NCBI GenBank assembly: GCA_963787265.1 | Contig: CAWBCX010000050.1 | Location: forward strand, 118,583-182,582 | Reading direction: 5' to 3' | DNA length: 64,000 nt | Origin: an uncultured Alphaproteobacteria bacterium | Lineage (GTDB): Bacteria > Pseudomonadota > Alphaproteobacteria > Geminicoccales > Geminicoccaceae | Part shown: one piece after another, positions 20,753 through 31,368 of the stretch | Position numbering within the stretch: the stretch's first letter is position 1 | How the letters are laid out: each line of letters starts with the position of its first letter | Translations under genes and position numbers: made by a program | Notes under the pieces: model-generated | The model's input: only the letters and a program-made list of their open reading frames with translations | The model's database searches: none | Told to the model about the DNA's origin: nothing

Positions 20753-22588
20753 ATGAATCTTCGCAACATCGCCATCATCGCCCATGTCGACCACGGCAAA
20801 ACCACGCTGGTGGATCGGCTGTTCCAGGAGAGCGGCACGTTTCGCGCCAACCAGCGCGTGGCCGAACGGGCCATGGACTCGAACGATCTGGAGCGGGAAC
20901 GGGGCATCACGATCCTGGCGAAATGCACCTCCGTCACCTGGAAGGACACCCGCATCAACATCGTCGACACGCCGGGCCACGCCGATTTCGGCGGCGAGGT
21001 CGAGCGGGTGTTGAGCATGGTGGATGGCGTGCTGCTCCTGGTCGATGCCGCTGAAGGACCGATGCCGCAGACCAAATTCGTGCTCGGCAAGGCGCTGCGC
21101 CTCGGTCTTAAGCCAATCGTGGTGATCAACAAGATCGACCGTCCCGATCAGCGCGCCCATGAGGTGCATGACGAGGTCTTCGATCTGTTCGCCGCCCTTG
21201 ATGCCAATGACGAACAGCTCGATTTTCCGACCCTTTTCGCCTCGGGCAAAGATGGCTGGGCAAGCAAGGAGCCGGTGCGTCCCGTTCATGACGACATGGC
21301 CCCGTTGTTCGACCTGATCTGCCGCCATGTCAACCCGCCGGATGTCGACGAAGACGGCCCGTTTTCCATGCTGGTGACGACCCTGGAACGCGATCCGCAC
21401 CTTGGGCGGCTGCTGACTGGCCGGATCGCCTCCGGCAAGGTTCAGGCCAACCAGACGATCAAGGCGCTGTCCCGCGATGGCAGGATGATCGAGCAGGCGC
21501 GCATCACCAAACTCATGGCGTTTCGCGGGCTTGAGCGCGAAACATTGCAGAAAGCCGAAGCCGGCGACATCGTAACGATTGCGGGCATCGCTTCCGCAAC
21601 GGTTGCGGACACGCTTTGCGATGAGACCGTGCAAACCGCCCTGCCCTCCCAGCCGATTGACCCGCCGACCCTGGCCATGACCTTTTCGGTGAACGATTCA
21701 CCGCTTGCAGGGCAGGAGGGCACCAAGGTCACCACGCGCATGATCGAAGAACGGCTGCTGCGCGAAGCCGAGGGCAATGTCGCGATCCAGGTCCGTCAGT
21801 CCGAAACCAAGGACGCGTTCGAGGTCGCCGGGCGCGGCGAACTGCAGCTTGGTGTGCTGATCGAAACCATGCGCCGGGAAGGTTATGAGGTCGCGGTCGC
21901 CAGGCCGCGCGTTCTCCTGAAGACCGATCCCGAGACCGGCAAGAAGCTCGAGCCGATCGAAGAGGTGGTCATCGACCTTGACGAAGAATTCGCCGGCACC
22001 GTGGTCGAGACCTTAAGTCGAAGAAAAGCCGATCTCGCGGAAATGAAGAATGCCGGTGTCGGTCGTCAGCGCCTGGTTTTCCATGCGCCGTCGCGCGCGC
22101 TTATCGGCTATCACGGCGATTTTCTCACCGCGACCCGCGGCACGGGCATCATGAACCGCGTCTTTCATAGCTATGCTCCGTTCAAGGGCGAGATCGAGGG
22201 CAGGCGAAACGGCGTGCTGATCTCGCTTGAGCAAGGGACGGTCGTGGCCTATGCGCTTTGGAACCTGGAGGATCGCGGGTTCTTCTTTGTCACCACCGGC
22301 GAAAAGGTCTATCAGGGCATGATCCTGGGCGAGCACAACCGCCCGAACGATCTCGAGGTCAACCCGCTCAAAGCCAAGCAGCTTACCAATGTCCGTGCTT
22401 CCGGAAAAGACGATGCCATCCTGCTGACACCGCCGACCAAGCTCTCCTTGGAGCAGGCATTGACCTATATTGCCGATGATGAGTTGGTGGAGATCACGCC
22501 GGCCTCCATTCGTTTGAGAAAGCGCCATCTCGACCCTCATGTCAGAAAGCGTGAAGCCAAACGATCGTCCATCCCGCTCAGCGCCTAA
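20753..22588 (+). CDS. typA: Translational GTPase TypA/BipA
   Basis: ORF 20735..22588. '[21 protein letters not shown]', '[14 protein letters not shown]' and 'NKIDRP' are the G-motifs, and the length is typical of BipA. Confidence 0.95.
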   Translation: MNLRNIAIIAHVDHGKTTLVDRLFQESGTFRANQRVAERAMDSNDLERERGITILAKCTSVTWKDTRINIVDTPGHADFGGEVERVLSMVDGVLLLVDAAEGPMPQTKFVLGKALRLGLKPIVVINKIDRPDQRAHEVHDEVFDLFAALDANDEQLDFPTLFASGKDGWASKEPVRPVHDDMAPLFDLICRHVNPPDVDEDGPFSMLVTTLERDPHLGRLLTGRIASGKVQANQTIKALSRDGRMIEQARITKLMAFRGLERETLQKAEAGDIVTIAGIASATVADTLCDETVQTALPSQPIDPPTLAMTFSVNDSPLAGQEGTKVTTRMIEERLLREAEGNVAIQVRQSETKDAFEVAGRGELQLGVLIETMRREGYEVAVARPRVLLKTDPETGKKLEPIEEVVIDLDEEFAGTVVETLSRRKADLAEMKNAGVGRQRLVFHAPSRALIGYHGDFLTATRGTGIMNRVFHSYAPFKGEIEGRRNGVLISLEQGTVVAYALWNLEDRGFFFVTTGEKVYQGMILGEHNRPNDLEVNPLKAKQLTNVRASGKDDAILLTPPTKLSLEQALTYIADDELVEITPASIRLRKRHLDPHVRKREAKRSSIPLSA

Positions 22589-22895
22589 CGCTCAAACGCC
22601 GTTGCTCTCTCATGGCGCCTTCCATGGTGCCTTAGCAAATTTTGATCCCTCGAGACCGACACGGCCGACGGCTTGCCGATCATCCCGGCAAGGCCGAAGG
22701 TCATTTCTCCTTCACGATCCTGGGCGAGGAGGGCAGTGGCGAAACGATCGACATGCAGTACAGCATGGCCCCGAAAAGGACCGGCAATTGCTGATCATCT
22801 CCAACTTCAGGGGTTCCGTTCCCGCCCGCTCCTGTCACCGACCAGACAATGATGTGCAGAAAAAATATCTGGCAGGCGCGCGCCCTGGAATGCAC

Positions 22896-24050
22896 TCATT
22901 CGTTGAGCCCGCTGAGCCGCGTTTCGACCTCCTTGATATCCAAGGCGGCAGCCAGATGGTTGAGCTGCCGCTCGGCGCGCCGTGCCGGCAGTTTGCCAAA
23001 ACGTTCGAACGGCATGATGTCGACAGACCAGCGTCGCCCCCCTTGTCGTTTGGGCTGCCAGGTCGCGATCACCTTGCCGCCGCGGAGAATGGTTGGCGCG
23101 ATCCAGCCGGCTATCCGATAGACCCGCTTTCGAAATCTCGGGGCGAGGAATTGACCGGTCTCGGCATGGCCGAGGAGATAGGGGTCGAAATGCGGCAGGA
23201 CCGTGATCCGGTCAGCCGGGGCATCGGCCGCCCGAAGCTCGTCTTCATCCTCCTTGAGCGCAAAGCTCTGTTGTCCATCGACGCTGACGGCAAGAAGCTC
23301 CCTCGCGAGCTTTGACAGCGCAGCACGGGCATCACCGACACCCAGACCGCTGAACTTTGCAAAATCCTGCGCTGTCGCCGGACCGAAGGCCCGAAGATAC
23401 CGACGCACCAGGGCACCCATGAGATCAGCATCTCCATCACCTGGCAGGTCAACCCACTGATCGAGACGAACAAAGGTTGTTTCGCCGGCGCGACGAGGTC
23501 CCTGACAGACCAGACCAAGCGTCGACGCGAGCTTGATGGCACCGCCCCAGGAATGCTCCAACCAGGGCTTGGCCCAATCCCCAAGCTTCGGCGCCAGGCT
23601 CGCGGACAGGTCGGCCCGGCTGTGGGGCTCGGTCATCAGCGTTTCGCAAATGGCATGGCTAAGCCGGTCCACTTGCACCGATGTCAAACCTTCGCTCATC
23701 AGCCATTGCCGGTAGCGATCGGTGAACCGGCGGCGCAAGGCGAGAATCATGGGCAGATCATCAATGCAAAGAAGATGAAGCGTTGCCCGCTGCGCCCAGA
23801 GCTTGACCAATGAGCGATCCTGGTCGAGCTGCGCTCGAATGCCGGCCTCGGTGGTGTCCTTGCTGCGGGCACGGATCTGCAGAACGGCAGCGGACTGCAC
23901 CTGAGCCTGAGCGCCGATCAGACTGCCTATGGCATCAAGGCCGGAGGGCGCAGGCGAGAGAAGATGCTGCCTGTGCAGCCGAAAGGCCAGGGCTCGAGCT
24001 AGTGTTATCGAGAGCACATCACCCGCACCCTCCATGATCGCCATCCTCAA
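22896..24050 (-). CDS. Winged-helix DNA-binding protein, YcaQ/AlkZ-like (DUF1006 family)
   Basis: 384-aa ORF whose overall pattern ('LVKLWAQRATLHLL', 'LVRRYLRAFGPATAQDFAKFSG', 'PHFDPYLLGH') matches my memory of YcaQ-family proteins. Confidence 0.7.
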   Translation of the reverse strand: MRMAIMEGAGDVLSITLARALAFRLHRQHLLSPAPSGLDAIGSLIGAQAQVQSAAVLQIRARSKDTTEAGIRAQLDQDRSLVKLWAQRATLHLLCIDDLPMILALRRRFTDRYRQWLMSEGLTSVQVDRLSHAICETLMTEPHSRADLSASLAPKLGDWAKPWLEHSWGGAIKLASTLGLVCQGPRRAGETTFVRLDQWVDLPGDGDADLMGALVRRYLRAFGPATAQDFAKFSGLGVGDARAALSKLARELLAVSVDGQQSFALKEDEDELRAADAPADRITVLPHFDPYLLGHAETGQFLAPRFRKRVYRIAGWIAPTILRGGKVIATWQPKRQGGRRWSVDIMPFERFGKLPARRAERQLNHLAAALDIKEVETRLSGLNE

Positions 24051-24362
24051 ACCGTTCCGGCACGGGAGATGACACGCTTTCAGAACAACATGCGCGCCAC
24101 GTCGCTGGCCGCCTCGAAAAGAATACCAGAGGGACAGTCTCGTGATGACCCGCCCATGTCAATTGGCCAACAGGCCGCTTTCCCATGATCGGCAGTCATT
24201 CTGCGCGGACGAGCTCTTCGGTCGTTTTTTTCCAGGTAATCTCGCCTATCTCAAACGCTCCAAGATGTTACCCCTTGAACAGGCTGCACCATGACGCATA
24301 CGAAAGAGGGTCAGTGAGATTTGACCACCAGGCTCGAACCAAGCGATCAGGAAGGTCATGGG

Positions 24363-25163
24363 ATGTCGACACCAACAGTTTTCGAACTCTATGCGATCAA
24401 ATACGCCGAGCATCACCGGTCGTCGCGCGAAAATTTCGTGTTTCAGGATATCCATGACGGCCCGATGCCGCTCGACTTTTTCGTCTGGGTCGCGAAATCG
24501 GCCGAGCGCACTTTCGTGATCGACATCGGCTTCGATGAAGCGACCGCCGATCGCCGCAACCGTCCTATTCTTCGAAGCCCCACTGCAGGGCTCGCCATGC
24601 TCGGCGTCGATGCCGCTGCCGTCGAGCATGTCATCGTGACCCATCTTCATTTCGACCACGCCGGCAGCCTGGACCAATTTCCCAAGGCCAGCTTCCATCT
24701 TCAGGATCGGGAGATGAGCTACGCCACCGGCCGCTTCATGTGTCATGCCCGGATCCAGACTCCGTTCGACGTCGAGCATGTCACGGACATGGTACGGCAC
24801 GTCTATGCCGGCAGGGTTGCTTTCCATGACGGCGATCAGATCCTGGACAGCGGCCTCAGCCTCCATCTCGTCGGCGGCCACAGCCACGGCCTGCAGTTCG
24901 TGCGCGTGCATACCGAGCGCGGCTGGGTGGTGATCGCCTCCGATGCCGCGCATCTTTATGCCCATATGGAGAGCGGCAATCCGTTCCCGATCGTGTTCAA
25001 TGTCGGCGAGATGCTGGAAGGGCATCGGCGCTGCCATGCACTTGCGGACAGTCCCGCCCATATCGTGCCAGGCCATGACCCTCTGGTCATGGCGCGTTAT
25101 CCGGCGCCCGCAAAAGAGCTGGAGGGGATAGCTGTCCGTCTCGACGTGCCGCCCAAGGCGTAA
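24363..25163 (+). CDS. MBL-fold metallo-hydrolase, N-acyl-homoserine-lactonase-like
   Basis: ORF 24321..25163 with the zinc motif 'THLHFDHAG', a later 'GGHSHG', and 'PGHDP'. The likely start is 'MSTPTVFELYAIKY'. Confidence 0.75.
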   Translation: MSTPTVFELYAIKYAEHHRSSRENFVFQDIHDGPMPLDFFVWVAKSAERTFVIDIGFDEATADRRNRPILRSPTAGLAMLGVDAAAVEHVIVTHLHFDHAGSLDQFPKASFHLQDREMSYATGRFMCHARIQTPFDVEHVTDMVRHVYAGRVAFHDGDQILDSGLSLHLVGGHSHGLQFVRVHTERGWVVIASDAAHLYAHMESGNPFPIVFNVGEMLEGHRRCHALADSPAHIVPGHDPLVMARYPAPAKELEGIAVRLDVPPKA

Positions 25164-25215
25164 AAGCGTAGAGGATGCTGCCGACAAGATCCGCCTGACG
25201 TATTCGGGCACGGTT

Positions 25216-25560
25216 TCAATCGTGAACCGCCCTGCTGTCGTCAGGCGCCTGGTCACGGTCATTCATGCCGTAATCGCGCACCACCTCGGCGACCCGGAGG
25301 CGGTAGTCCCGAAAGATCGTGCCGCGCCCGGCGGATTGCGCCTGGCGATGCTTTTCCAGGCGGCGCCAGGCCAGGATCGCCTCTTCGTCGCGCCAAAAGG
25401 AGAGCGACAGGATCTTGCCGGGATTGGCCAGGCTTTCGAAACGTTCGATCGACAAGAAGCCGTCGACCTCATCCAGCAAAGGGCGCAAATCAGCGGCCAA
25501 ATCGAAGTAAGTGTTCTTTCGGTCGGCATGGGGTTCGACTTCAAAAATCACGGCGATCAT
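25216..25560 (-). CDS. Antibiotic-biosynthesis-monooxygenase (ABM) domain protein
   Basis: 114-aa ORF with 'MIAVIFEVEP...GFLSIERFESL...LSLSFWRDEEAILAWR', typical of ABM/ferredoxin-like folds. It directly abuts the NIPSNAP stop. Confidence 0.75.
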   Translation of the reverse strand: MIAVIFEVEPHADRKNTYFDLAADLRPLLDEVDGFLSIERFESLANPGKILSLSFWRDEEAILAWRRLEKHRQAQSAGRGTIFRDYRLRVAEVVRDYGMNDRDQAPDDSRAVHD

Positions 25561-25908
25561 TCAACCCTCCTCTGCTGACATCCGACCAACCCGATGAAGC
25601 GTCGACGGTACGGCTTCGAGAAACATCCGCTCCTCCTTCAAGATGAAACGCCTGGAGGCTGCAAACTCGAAATTGATCCGCCCGCCACGATCGGTCTTCA
25701 AACCTGCACGATAGGCTTCATAAGCTGCCAGACTATCGAAGGATATGAGCCCGTAAGCGATATTGTTGGTCCCCTCATGGGGAAGAAAATAGCCAATCAG
25801 ATCGCCGCCGCAACGAGGGATGATCTCAGCCCAAGCGTCGGCATAGGCCTCGAAATCCTCTCGTTTGAACGGGTCGATCTCATAGCGGATAAAACAGGTG
25901 ATGGTCAT
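25561..25908 (-). CDS. NIPSNAP family protein
   Basis: 115-aa ORF with '[23 protein letters not shown]...[29 protein letters not shown]'. Confidence 0.7.
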   Translation of the reverse strand: MTITCFIRYEIDPFKREDFEAYADAWAEIIPRCGGDLIGYFLPHEGTNNIAYGLISFDSLAAYEAYRAGLKTDRGGRINFEFAASRRFILKEERMFLEAVPSTLHRVGRMSAEEG

Positions 25909-25918
25909 CCATTTTTCC

Positions 25919-26143
25919 TCATAAGCGCCAAAAAGGTTTGGAGATTTCGCGTTGAACGTCTTGATCCGTGAGGCCGATATCGATCAACGTGGCCTCATCG
26001 AGGGTTGCAAGATGATGACGCTGTCGGCTGCGTGCCGACCATCCACGGAGGAGCCTGAGAACACGCCTGAGCCATGAGCGAACCCGGATCGATGGCGGCA
26101 AGTCGACCGTCGATCCGGCGAAAAAAAAACTCTTTGTCGGCAT
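25919..26143 (-). CDS. DUF1127 domain protein
   Basis: The C-terminal '[35 protein letters not shown]' is the DUF1127 signature. The likely start is 'MPTKSFFF'. Confidence 0.75.
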   Translation of the reverse strand: MPTKSFFFAGSTVDLPPSIRVRSWLRRVLRLLRGWSARSRQRHHLATLDEATLIDIGLTDQDVQREISKPFWRL

Positions 26144-26235
26144 CGTCACTACTCCCTTGAGCCGGCGCCCTTTTGGCGCGGCATGATCCATCCTAGCGTG
26201 TTGACCGACGGAAATAGTTTGGTTATCGTCGAACT

Positions 26236-26916
26236 ATGAAAGACGGCCCGGAAATCGCGCGCATCGCAGCACTCATCGGCGATCCCGCGCGCGCCAACAT
26301 GCTGACCGCCCTGGTTGGCGGACAAGCGCTCACCACCAGCGAGCTTTCAACAGTTGCCGGCGTGGGCCTGCCGACCGCAAGCGGCCACCTCGCCAAGCTG
26401 GACGATGCCAAGCTGGTGGTCGTCGAGCGCCAGGGCCGTCACCGCTACTATCGACTGGCCGACGGGGATGTTGCCCATGTGCTGGAATCGCTTATGGGGA
26501 TCGCATCGCGATCGGGCATGACCAGAGTGCGCACCGGCCCGAAGGAGCCGAAATTGCGGCGGGCTCGGGTCTGCTACGATCATCTAGCAGGCGAGCTTGG
26601 TGTTCAGATGTTCGACAGTTTCGATCGTCAGGGGTTTCTCGATATCGGGAAAGAAGCCGTCCTGTTGACCGACAAGGGCGAGGTTTTTTGTGAGCAGTTC
26701 GAGATCGATCTTGCCGGCCTTCGCAAAATGCGCCGTCCTCTCTGCCGTGCCTGCCTCGATTGGAGCGTGCGCCGCAACCATCTCGCAGGAGCCTTGGGTG
26801 CTGCCTTGCTCGATCAGTTCTATCGCCTGAAATGGGCCAGACGGGAAAAAGACAGTCGCGTGGTGCTGTTTACGCCGGAGGGTGCGCACACCTTCGATAA
26901 GCTCTTCAACGTTTGA
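26236..26916 (+). CDS. ArsR-family winged-helix transcriptional regulator with a C-terminal extension
   Basis: 226-aa ORF whose N-terminal 'IAALIGDPARANMLTALVGGQALTTSELSTVAGVGLPTASGHLAKL' is an ArsR HTH. Confidence 0.75.
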   Translation: MKDGPEIARIAALIGDPARANMLTALVGGQALTTSELSTVAGVGLPTASGHLAKLDDAKLVVVERQGRHRYYRLADGDVAHVLESLMGIASRSGMTRVRTGPKEPKLRRARVCYDHLAGELGVQMFDSFDRQGFLDIGKEAVLLTDKGEVFCEQFEIDLAGLRKMRRPLCRACLDWSVRRNHLAGALGAALLDQFYRLKWARREKDSRVVLFTPEGAHTFDKLFNV

Positions 26917-26948
26917 GGACGTCCTTCATTAACGCTTGGGGGCGCCCC

Positions 26949-27548
26949 TCATTCGCGGGGAGCGCGTTTGTTGAGGATGCGCTGCAACGTCCGGCGATGC
27001 ATGTTCAGGCGTCTCGCGGTTTCCGAGACATTGCGGTTACATTGCTCGAACACCCGCTGGATATGCTCCCAGCGCACTCGGTCCGCCGACATCGGATTTT
27101 CTCTTGGCGGCGGCAAACCCGGTCCGGTGCGAAGCAGGGCGGCGACGACATCATCGGCATCGACGGGCTTGGCGAGATAGTCGGCCGCCCCCGCCTTGAT
27201 GGCGGCCACCGCGGTCGCGATGTTGCCGTACCCGGTCACGATCACGATCCGAATGTCGGGACGAAGATCGCGCAGGGTTTTCAAGAGCTCGAGCCCGCTG
27301 CCTTCGGTGAGCCGCATGTCGAGCACGGCAAATTCAGGCCTGTTCTCACGCGCGAGCATTCTGCCCTCGGCCAGGCCCTCCGCCGGCAGGACGACAAACC
27401 CACGACGCTCCATGGCACGAGTAAGGGAGCGACGCAAAGGGGCATCGTCATCCACCAAGAGCAGCTTGCGGCCAGCGCCCGGCTGATCCACAACATCCAT
27501 GCCGATGCCGAGCCCAGCCATGCCGTGGCCGCTTCCCTGCTTATTCAT
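26949..27548 (-). CDS. actR: Redox-responsive response regulator, ActR/RegA/PrrA family
   Basis: 199-aa ORF with the receiver 'LLLVDDD...AVLDMRL' and the near-invariant C-terminal HTH 'NVSETARRLNMHRRTLQRIL' of the RegA family. Confidence 0.85.
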   Translation of the reverse strand: MNKQGSGHGMAGLGIGMDVVDQPGAGRKLLLVDDDAPLRRSLTRAMERRGFVVLPAEGLAEGRMLARENRPEFAVLDMRLTEGSGLELLKTLRDLRPDIRIVIVTGYGNIATAVAAIKAGAADYLAKPVDADDVVAALLRTGPGLPPPRENPMSADRVRWEHIQRVFEQCNRNVSETARRLNMHRRTLQRILNKRAPRE

Positions 27549-27550
27549 CT

Positions 27551-28915
27551 TCAGGCCTCCGGCGCGTGTTTATTGATCGAGGTCACCCAAGAAACAACTA
27601 CTTGAGCGCCTGTCGAAAGATTGTCAAATTGCAGCGTTGCGCCGTTTCGCGCAAGTAAGGTCTGCGCAATGAACACACCAAGCCCCAAGCCACCGATCGA
27701 ATGACGCGTGGAAACATAGGGTTCACCGACCCAATCAAGAACTTCGGGCGAAAAGCCCGGGCCGTCATCTTCGATGATGATGTCGAGGCGATCGACATGC
27801 AGACCGACGGTAATCACGACCGCGCGCGTGGCGAATTGGATGGCGTTGTCGATCAGATTGCCGAGCGCATGCTTCAATTCAGGCGTGGGTATCCAAAGCG
27901 GCTCGGGACGCCCCCCCTTGGCAAAATCCTGAACCTCGACGGTGACGGTAACGCCAGGACGCCGATAGGATTCGGCCAGCGTTTCCAAAAGATTACCAAG
28001 GGGTATCTTGGTGAAGGCTGCATGATCGTCGTTGGTGCGCTCTTTGCTGAGCGACGCCAATATTTCCCGACAGCGCTGACTTTGGCCGACAAGTTCCGCA
28101 ATATCTTCGGCCATCGGGCTGTCGTGGGGAATATTGTTGGCAAGTTCCTTGGCCGTGACCGCAATGGTAGCAAGCGGACTGCCAAGTTCATGGGCAGCGG
28201 CTGCCGCAAGCCCACCAAGCGCCGACATCTGCTGTTCGCGGGCAAGCGCCATCTGGGTTGCCGCCAAGGCGTCGGCCAGACGGCGTGCTTCATCGGCAAC
28301 ACGCCAGGCATATGCGGCAATCAATCCGCTGCTCAGTACCAACGCGACCCAAACGGCCAGAATATAGAGCCCTGGCAACGTAAGGCCTTCGCCAGCCCAA
28401 GGCAGCAAGGACGGGTAGAGGCCAAGAAGCGTGGCGCAGATCGTGACCATAATGCAGAGAAAGATGGTCGTCGTCAGCGACAGGATGGTCGCGGAAAGGG
28501 TAATCGGCACAATCAGGAGCACGGAGAATGGGTTCTGCAGACCGCCGGTCAGCGCCAAAAGGAACGTCAGCTGCAGCAGATCATAGCCGAGGAGCAGCGA
28601 AGCTGCACGTTCGGTAAGCCTGGTCGTCGCACCGAATCTGAGCTCCAGATAGAGATTGATCGCTGCCGAAAGGGCAACCGCCCCCAGAAGGGGAACAAGA
28701 GGGAGGTTGAAGCCGAAGGAAAGATCAACCAGCAAAATGGTGAACCCCTGACCGACGATCGCCACCCAGCGGATCAATGTCAGGGTTCTAAGACGTGCGC
28801 GTCGTTCGCCCGTGCCGACGACGAACCGGGCAAGCCAGCCATTGTCGGCTCGTTTCGAGCGTGCCTGTCCTTTGTACCTGCGCTCGGGCGAGTCATGCAG
28901 CTCCGGTGTGATCAT
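27551..28915 (-). CDS. actS: Sensor histidine kinase, ActS/RegB/PrrB family
   Basis: 454-aa ORF with a multi-TM N-terminus, the H-box 'AAAHELGSPLATI' and the ATPase motifs 'NLIDNAIQF' and 'DDGPGF'. It lies immediately upstream of actR. Confidence 0.8.
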   Translation of the reverse strand: MITPELHDSPERRYKGQARSKRADNGWLARFVVGTGERRARLRTLTLIRWVAIVGQGFTILLVDLSFGFNLPLVPLLGAVALSAAINLYLELRFGATTRLTERAASLLLGYDLLQLTFLLALTGGLQNPFSVLLIVPITLSATILSLTTTIFLCIMVTICATLLGLYPSLLPWAGEGLTLPGLYILAVWVALVLSSGLIAAYAWRVADEARRLADALAATQMALAREQQMSALGGLAAAAAHELGSPLATIAVTAKELANNIPHDSPMAEDIAELVGQSQRCREILASLSKERTNDDHAAFTKIPLGNLLETLAESYRRPGVTVTVEVQDFAKGGRPEPLWIPTPELKHALGNLIDNAIQFATRAVVITVGLHVDRLDIIIEDDGPGFSPEVLDWVGEPYVSTRHSIGGLGLGVFIAQTLLARNGATLQFDNLSTGAQVVVSWVTSINKHAPEA

Positions 28916-29263
28916 GTCGCCGCCTTACTCCCAACCTTCGACAATTCACCAGGATCAGCTGATCGATGAGGCCCGCTTATAGCGGTTCTCGACGAGCGCG
29001 GCTTGGAAAAAAATGAGCCGCCCTCACCAATGCAGGATAGGTGATCCCCGACCATGAAGCGGTGCCATCGCTTCGCACCTGAAAGGCATAACTTGCAAAA
29101 TATCACCGGCTCATTCATGTAGATAAGGCTTTGAGCATCATGAGGTGAATCAAATCTGCCGCGAAGCATGCGGCCAGCAGAACGTGATCATGATCACAGC
29201 GACGATGATGCCTTGTGCTTACCCTGAGAGATATATGTTCCATAGGGCCGAAGGAAAAAGCCC

Positions 29264-29590
29264 ATGCGCGCCTTGACAAGCTTCCTGGCCACCTTGGTCA
29301 TCTTCATGCTGGCTGGCTGCGGCGTCAGCGATCCCTCGGTCGGGACCGGTCCGATCAAATTGGGGGCGGCCGCGGAAAAAGCCTTTGGCGACTATCAGGA
29401 TCGCGTCTATCCGCGCTATTTTGCGGTTGCAGAGGACGGCAGCGCCTATTTCTACAACTATTGCTCGGCTGGACGCTGCCTGCGCACGCCGAAAACTCAG
29501 ATCGTCCGGCAATGCGAAACCTATAGCCAAGGCGTCCCGTGCAAGATCTATGCGAGCAACGGCAACGTCGTCTGGGCTGAAGACGGCTGA
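29264..29590 (+). CDS. Hypothetical lipoprotein
   Basis: 108-aa ORF with the signal and lipobox 'LVIFMLAGC' and four further Cys residues. No family assignment. Confidence 0.55.
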   Translation: MRALTSFLATLVIFMLAGCGVSDPSVGTGPIKLGAAAEKAFGDYQDRVYPRYFAVAEDGSAYFYNYCSAGRCLRTPKTQIVRQCETYSQGVPCKIYASNGNVVWAEDG

Positions 29591-29635
29591 CGGTGCGAAG
29601 ACGGCTGACTGTGCAAGGCAAGGCGCGCCGACGTC

Positions 29636-31027
29636 TCAGATGGTATCGCGCCTGCCGATCGGGCCGGTTTCGAGCGTCGAGCGGACGATATCGAGGGCGC
29701 GGCGCAGACGTTCCCGGTTCCTGGCGGCACTCAGGCTGATACGCACGGCGGCCGAACCATCGGCTGGATCGACGGCGAAGATGAAAGCGGGATCGACCCC
29801 AACACCCCGCAGGCGCAAGGCTTCGACAAAAGATGAGCTTCGCCAAACCTCGGGCAGTTCCAGCCAGAGATGAAAGCAATGAGTATGGCCGCGATAAGCA
29901 AACCCCTCGAAATAGTCGGCGGCGATTTGCTGACGCGCCGCCGTCTCCTTTCGCTGGCGGACAACCAGCTCGTCCGCCGTGCCGTCATCAAACCATTGCG
30001 TAAACACCGCCGCCATAAGCGCCGGGCAGACCAGAAAGAGATCGGCCTGCGCGTCGGCCAGTCGGTTATGGAGCCCTTCTGGCGCCGAGAGCGAGCCGAA
30101 ACGGAGATTGGGCGCGACCATCTTGGAGGCATTGGTGATGTAGACGGTTCGTTTCGGGATCAAGGCTGCAATCGGCAAGGCACGATCCTCGAGGAGCTGG
30201 CCGTAGACATCATCCTCGACCAGAATCAGATCGTGCCGTTCGACGATCCTGGCGATCTTCCGCCGCCTGTCCTCGGACATGGTTGCGGTGGTCGGGTTGT
30301 GCGCCGTCGGGTTGGCGAGCAGAACTTTGGCGTCGGTTTTCCGGCATGCCGCCTCTAAGGCATCGGGCAGAAGACCTTCTTCGTCGATCGCAACCCCTTG
30401 AAATTTGACGCCGAGGCGTGCGCCCACATGCTTCATGCCGCTGTAGACCAGCGTCTCGGTCAATAGCGTGTCGCCCGGACGGGCGAGACCGGCGACGGCG
30501 GTGACGATCGCCTGATGGGCGCCACCGGTGATCAGGGTCGTCTCCGCTGAAAAATCCCCCCCGGTCCTGCTGGCCCAGGCAGCAGCAGCCCGTCGATGAT
30601 CGGCAAGGCCGATGCGCGGGGTATAGGCCAGGAGATCGCCGATCGGCAGATTGCCGCTGGCGAGCTTGATCAACGTTTCGGCAAGCAGATGCTGTCCCGT
30701 CAGATCCGGCTGGCTGTTGACGGTCAGCTTGATGAAATCGTCATCGCCATCGACCACCGGATTGTGAAAATGCCGGGTGAGCCGCTCGCCGCGGACAAAG
30801 GTCCCGCGACCGACCTCGCCTCGAACCAGCCCCCGCCGCTCGGCCAGCCCATAGGCTCTGGTGATGGTGCCGAGCGTCATGCCAAGATGAAAGGCCAGAT
30901 CACGCTGGGGCGGCAATTTTTCGCCAGGCAGCAGCTCGCCATCATTGATTGCGAGGCCGATAGCATCGGCAAGCGCCTGGTAGCGCGGACCATGGTGGTC
31001 GGAGAGATCTGGCCGCCAAATTGTCAT
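29636..31027 (-). CDS. MocR-type regulator (GntR HTH fused to an aminotransferase-like domain)
   Basis: 463-aa ORF with the N-terminal GntR HTH 'LPPQRDLAFHLGMTLGTITRAYGLAERRGLV' and a C-terminal fold-type I PLP domain. Confidence 0.85.
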   Translation of the reverse strand: MTIWRPDLSDHHGPRYQALADAIGLAINDGELLPGEKLPPQRDLAFHLGMTLGTITRAYGLAERRGLVRGEVGRGTFVRGERLTRHFHNPVVDGDDDFIKLTVNSQPDLTGQHLLAETLIKLASGNLPIGDLLAYTPRIGLADHRRAAAAWASRTGGDFSAETTLITGGAHQAIVTAVAGLARPGDTLLTETLVYSGMKHVGARLGVKFQGVAIDEEGLLPDALEAACRKTDAKVLLANPTAHNPTTATMSEDRRRKIARIVERHDLILVEDDVYGQLLEDRALPIAALIPKRTVYITNASKMVAPNLRFGSLSAPEGLHNRLADAQADLFLVCPALMAAVFTQWFDDGTADELVVRQRKETAARQQIAADYFEGFAYRGHTHCFHLWLELPEVWRSSSFVEALRLRGVGVDPAFIFAVDPADGSAAVRISLSAARNRERLRRALDIVRSTLETGPIGRRDTI

Positions 31028-31104
31028 GATAACAATATAGCATTTGACTCGAACATTAAGTCAATGATCAATAGGCATTGTATCTCTATATGAGGGAAAA
31101 TGCC

Positions 31105-31329
31105 ATGTATCAGCGAAATTGTATCCATACAATCACCACGACGAGCATGCCTCCGTCGACCCGTTTTCCCTCATCAGCGAAGCGGTTGCTGATGCTCGTT
31201 CTCGACTGGTCGGCCCGCAGCCGGCAGCGGCGCGACCTTGCGGCTCTCGATGATGTTGCGTTGAAGGATATCGGTCTCAGCCGAAGCGACGTTCATCACG
31301 AAATGTCCAAGCCGTTTTGGCAGCTGTAA
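31105..31329 (+). CDS. DUF1127 domain protein (second paralogue)
   Basis: The C-terminal 'SRQRRDLAALDDVALKDIGLSRSDVHHEMSKPFWQ' is the DUF1127 signature. The ATG at 31105 follows a GAGGGA RBS. Confidence 0.75.
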   Translation: MYQRNCIHTITTTSMPPSTRFPSSAKRLLMLVLDWSARSRQRRDLAALDDVALKDIGLSRSDVHHEMSKPFWQL

Positions 31330-31368
31330 TCAGATCCAGAGCCTCTAGCCTCATCAGGAGCCCTTATC

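Noticed and set aside
22701-22895. A 64-aa ORF abutting the YcaQ-like gene
   Set aside because: It has no RBS, no motif, and a composition unlike neighbouring genes. It may be the untranslated 3' region of the YcaQ-like gene.
28912-29169. An 85-aa ORF upstream of actS
   Set aside because: It has no family resemblance and overlaps the probable actS promoter region. Its codon pattern is unconvincing.
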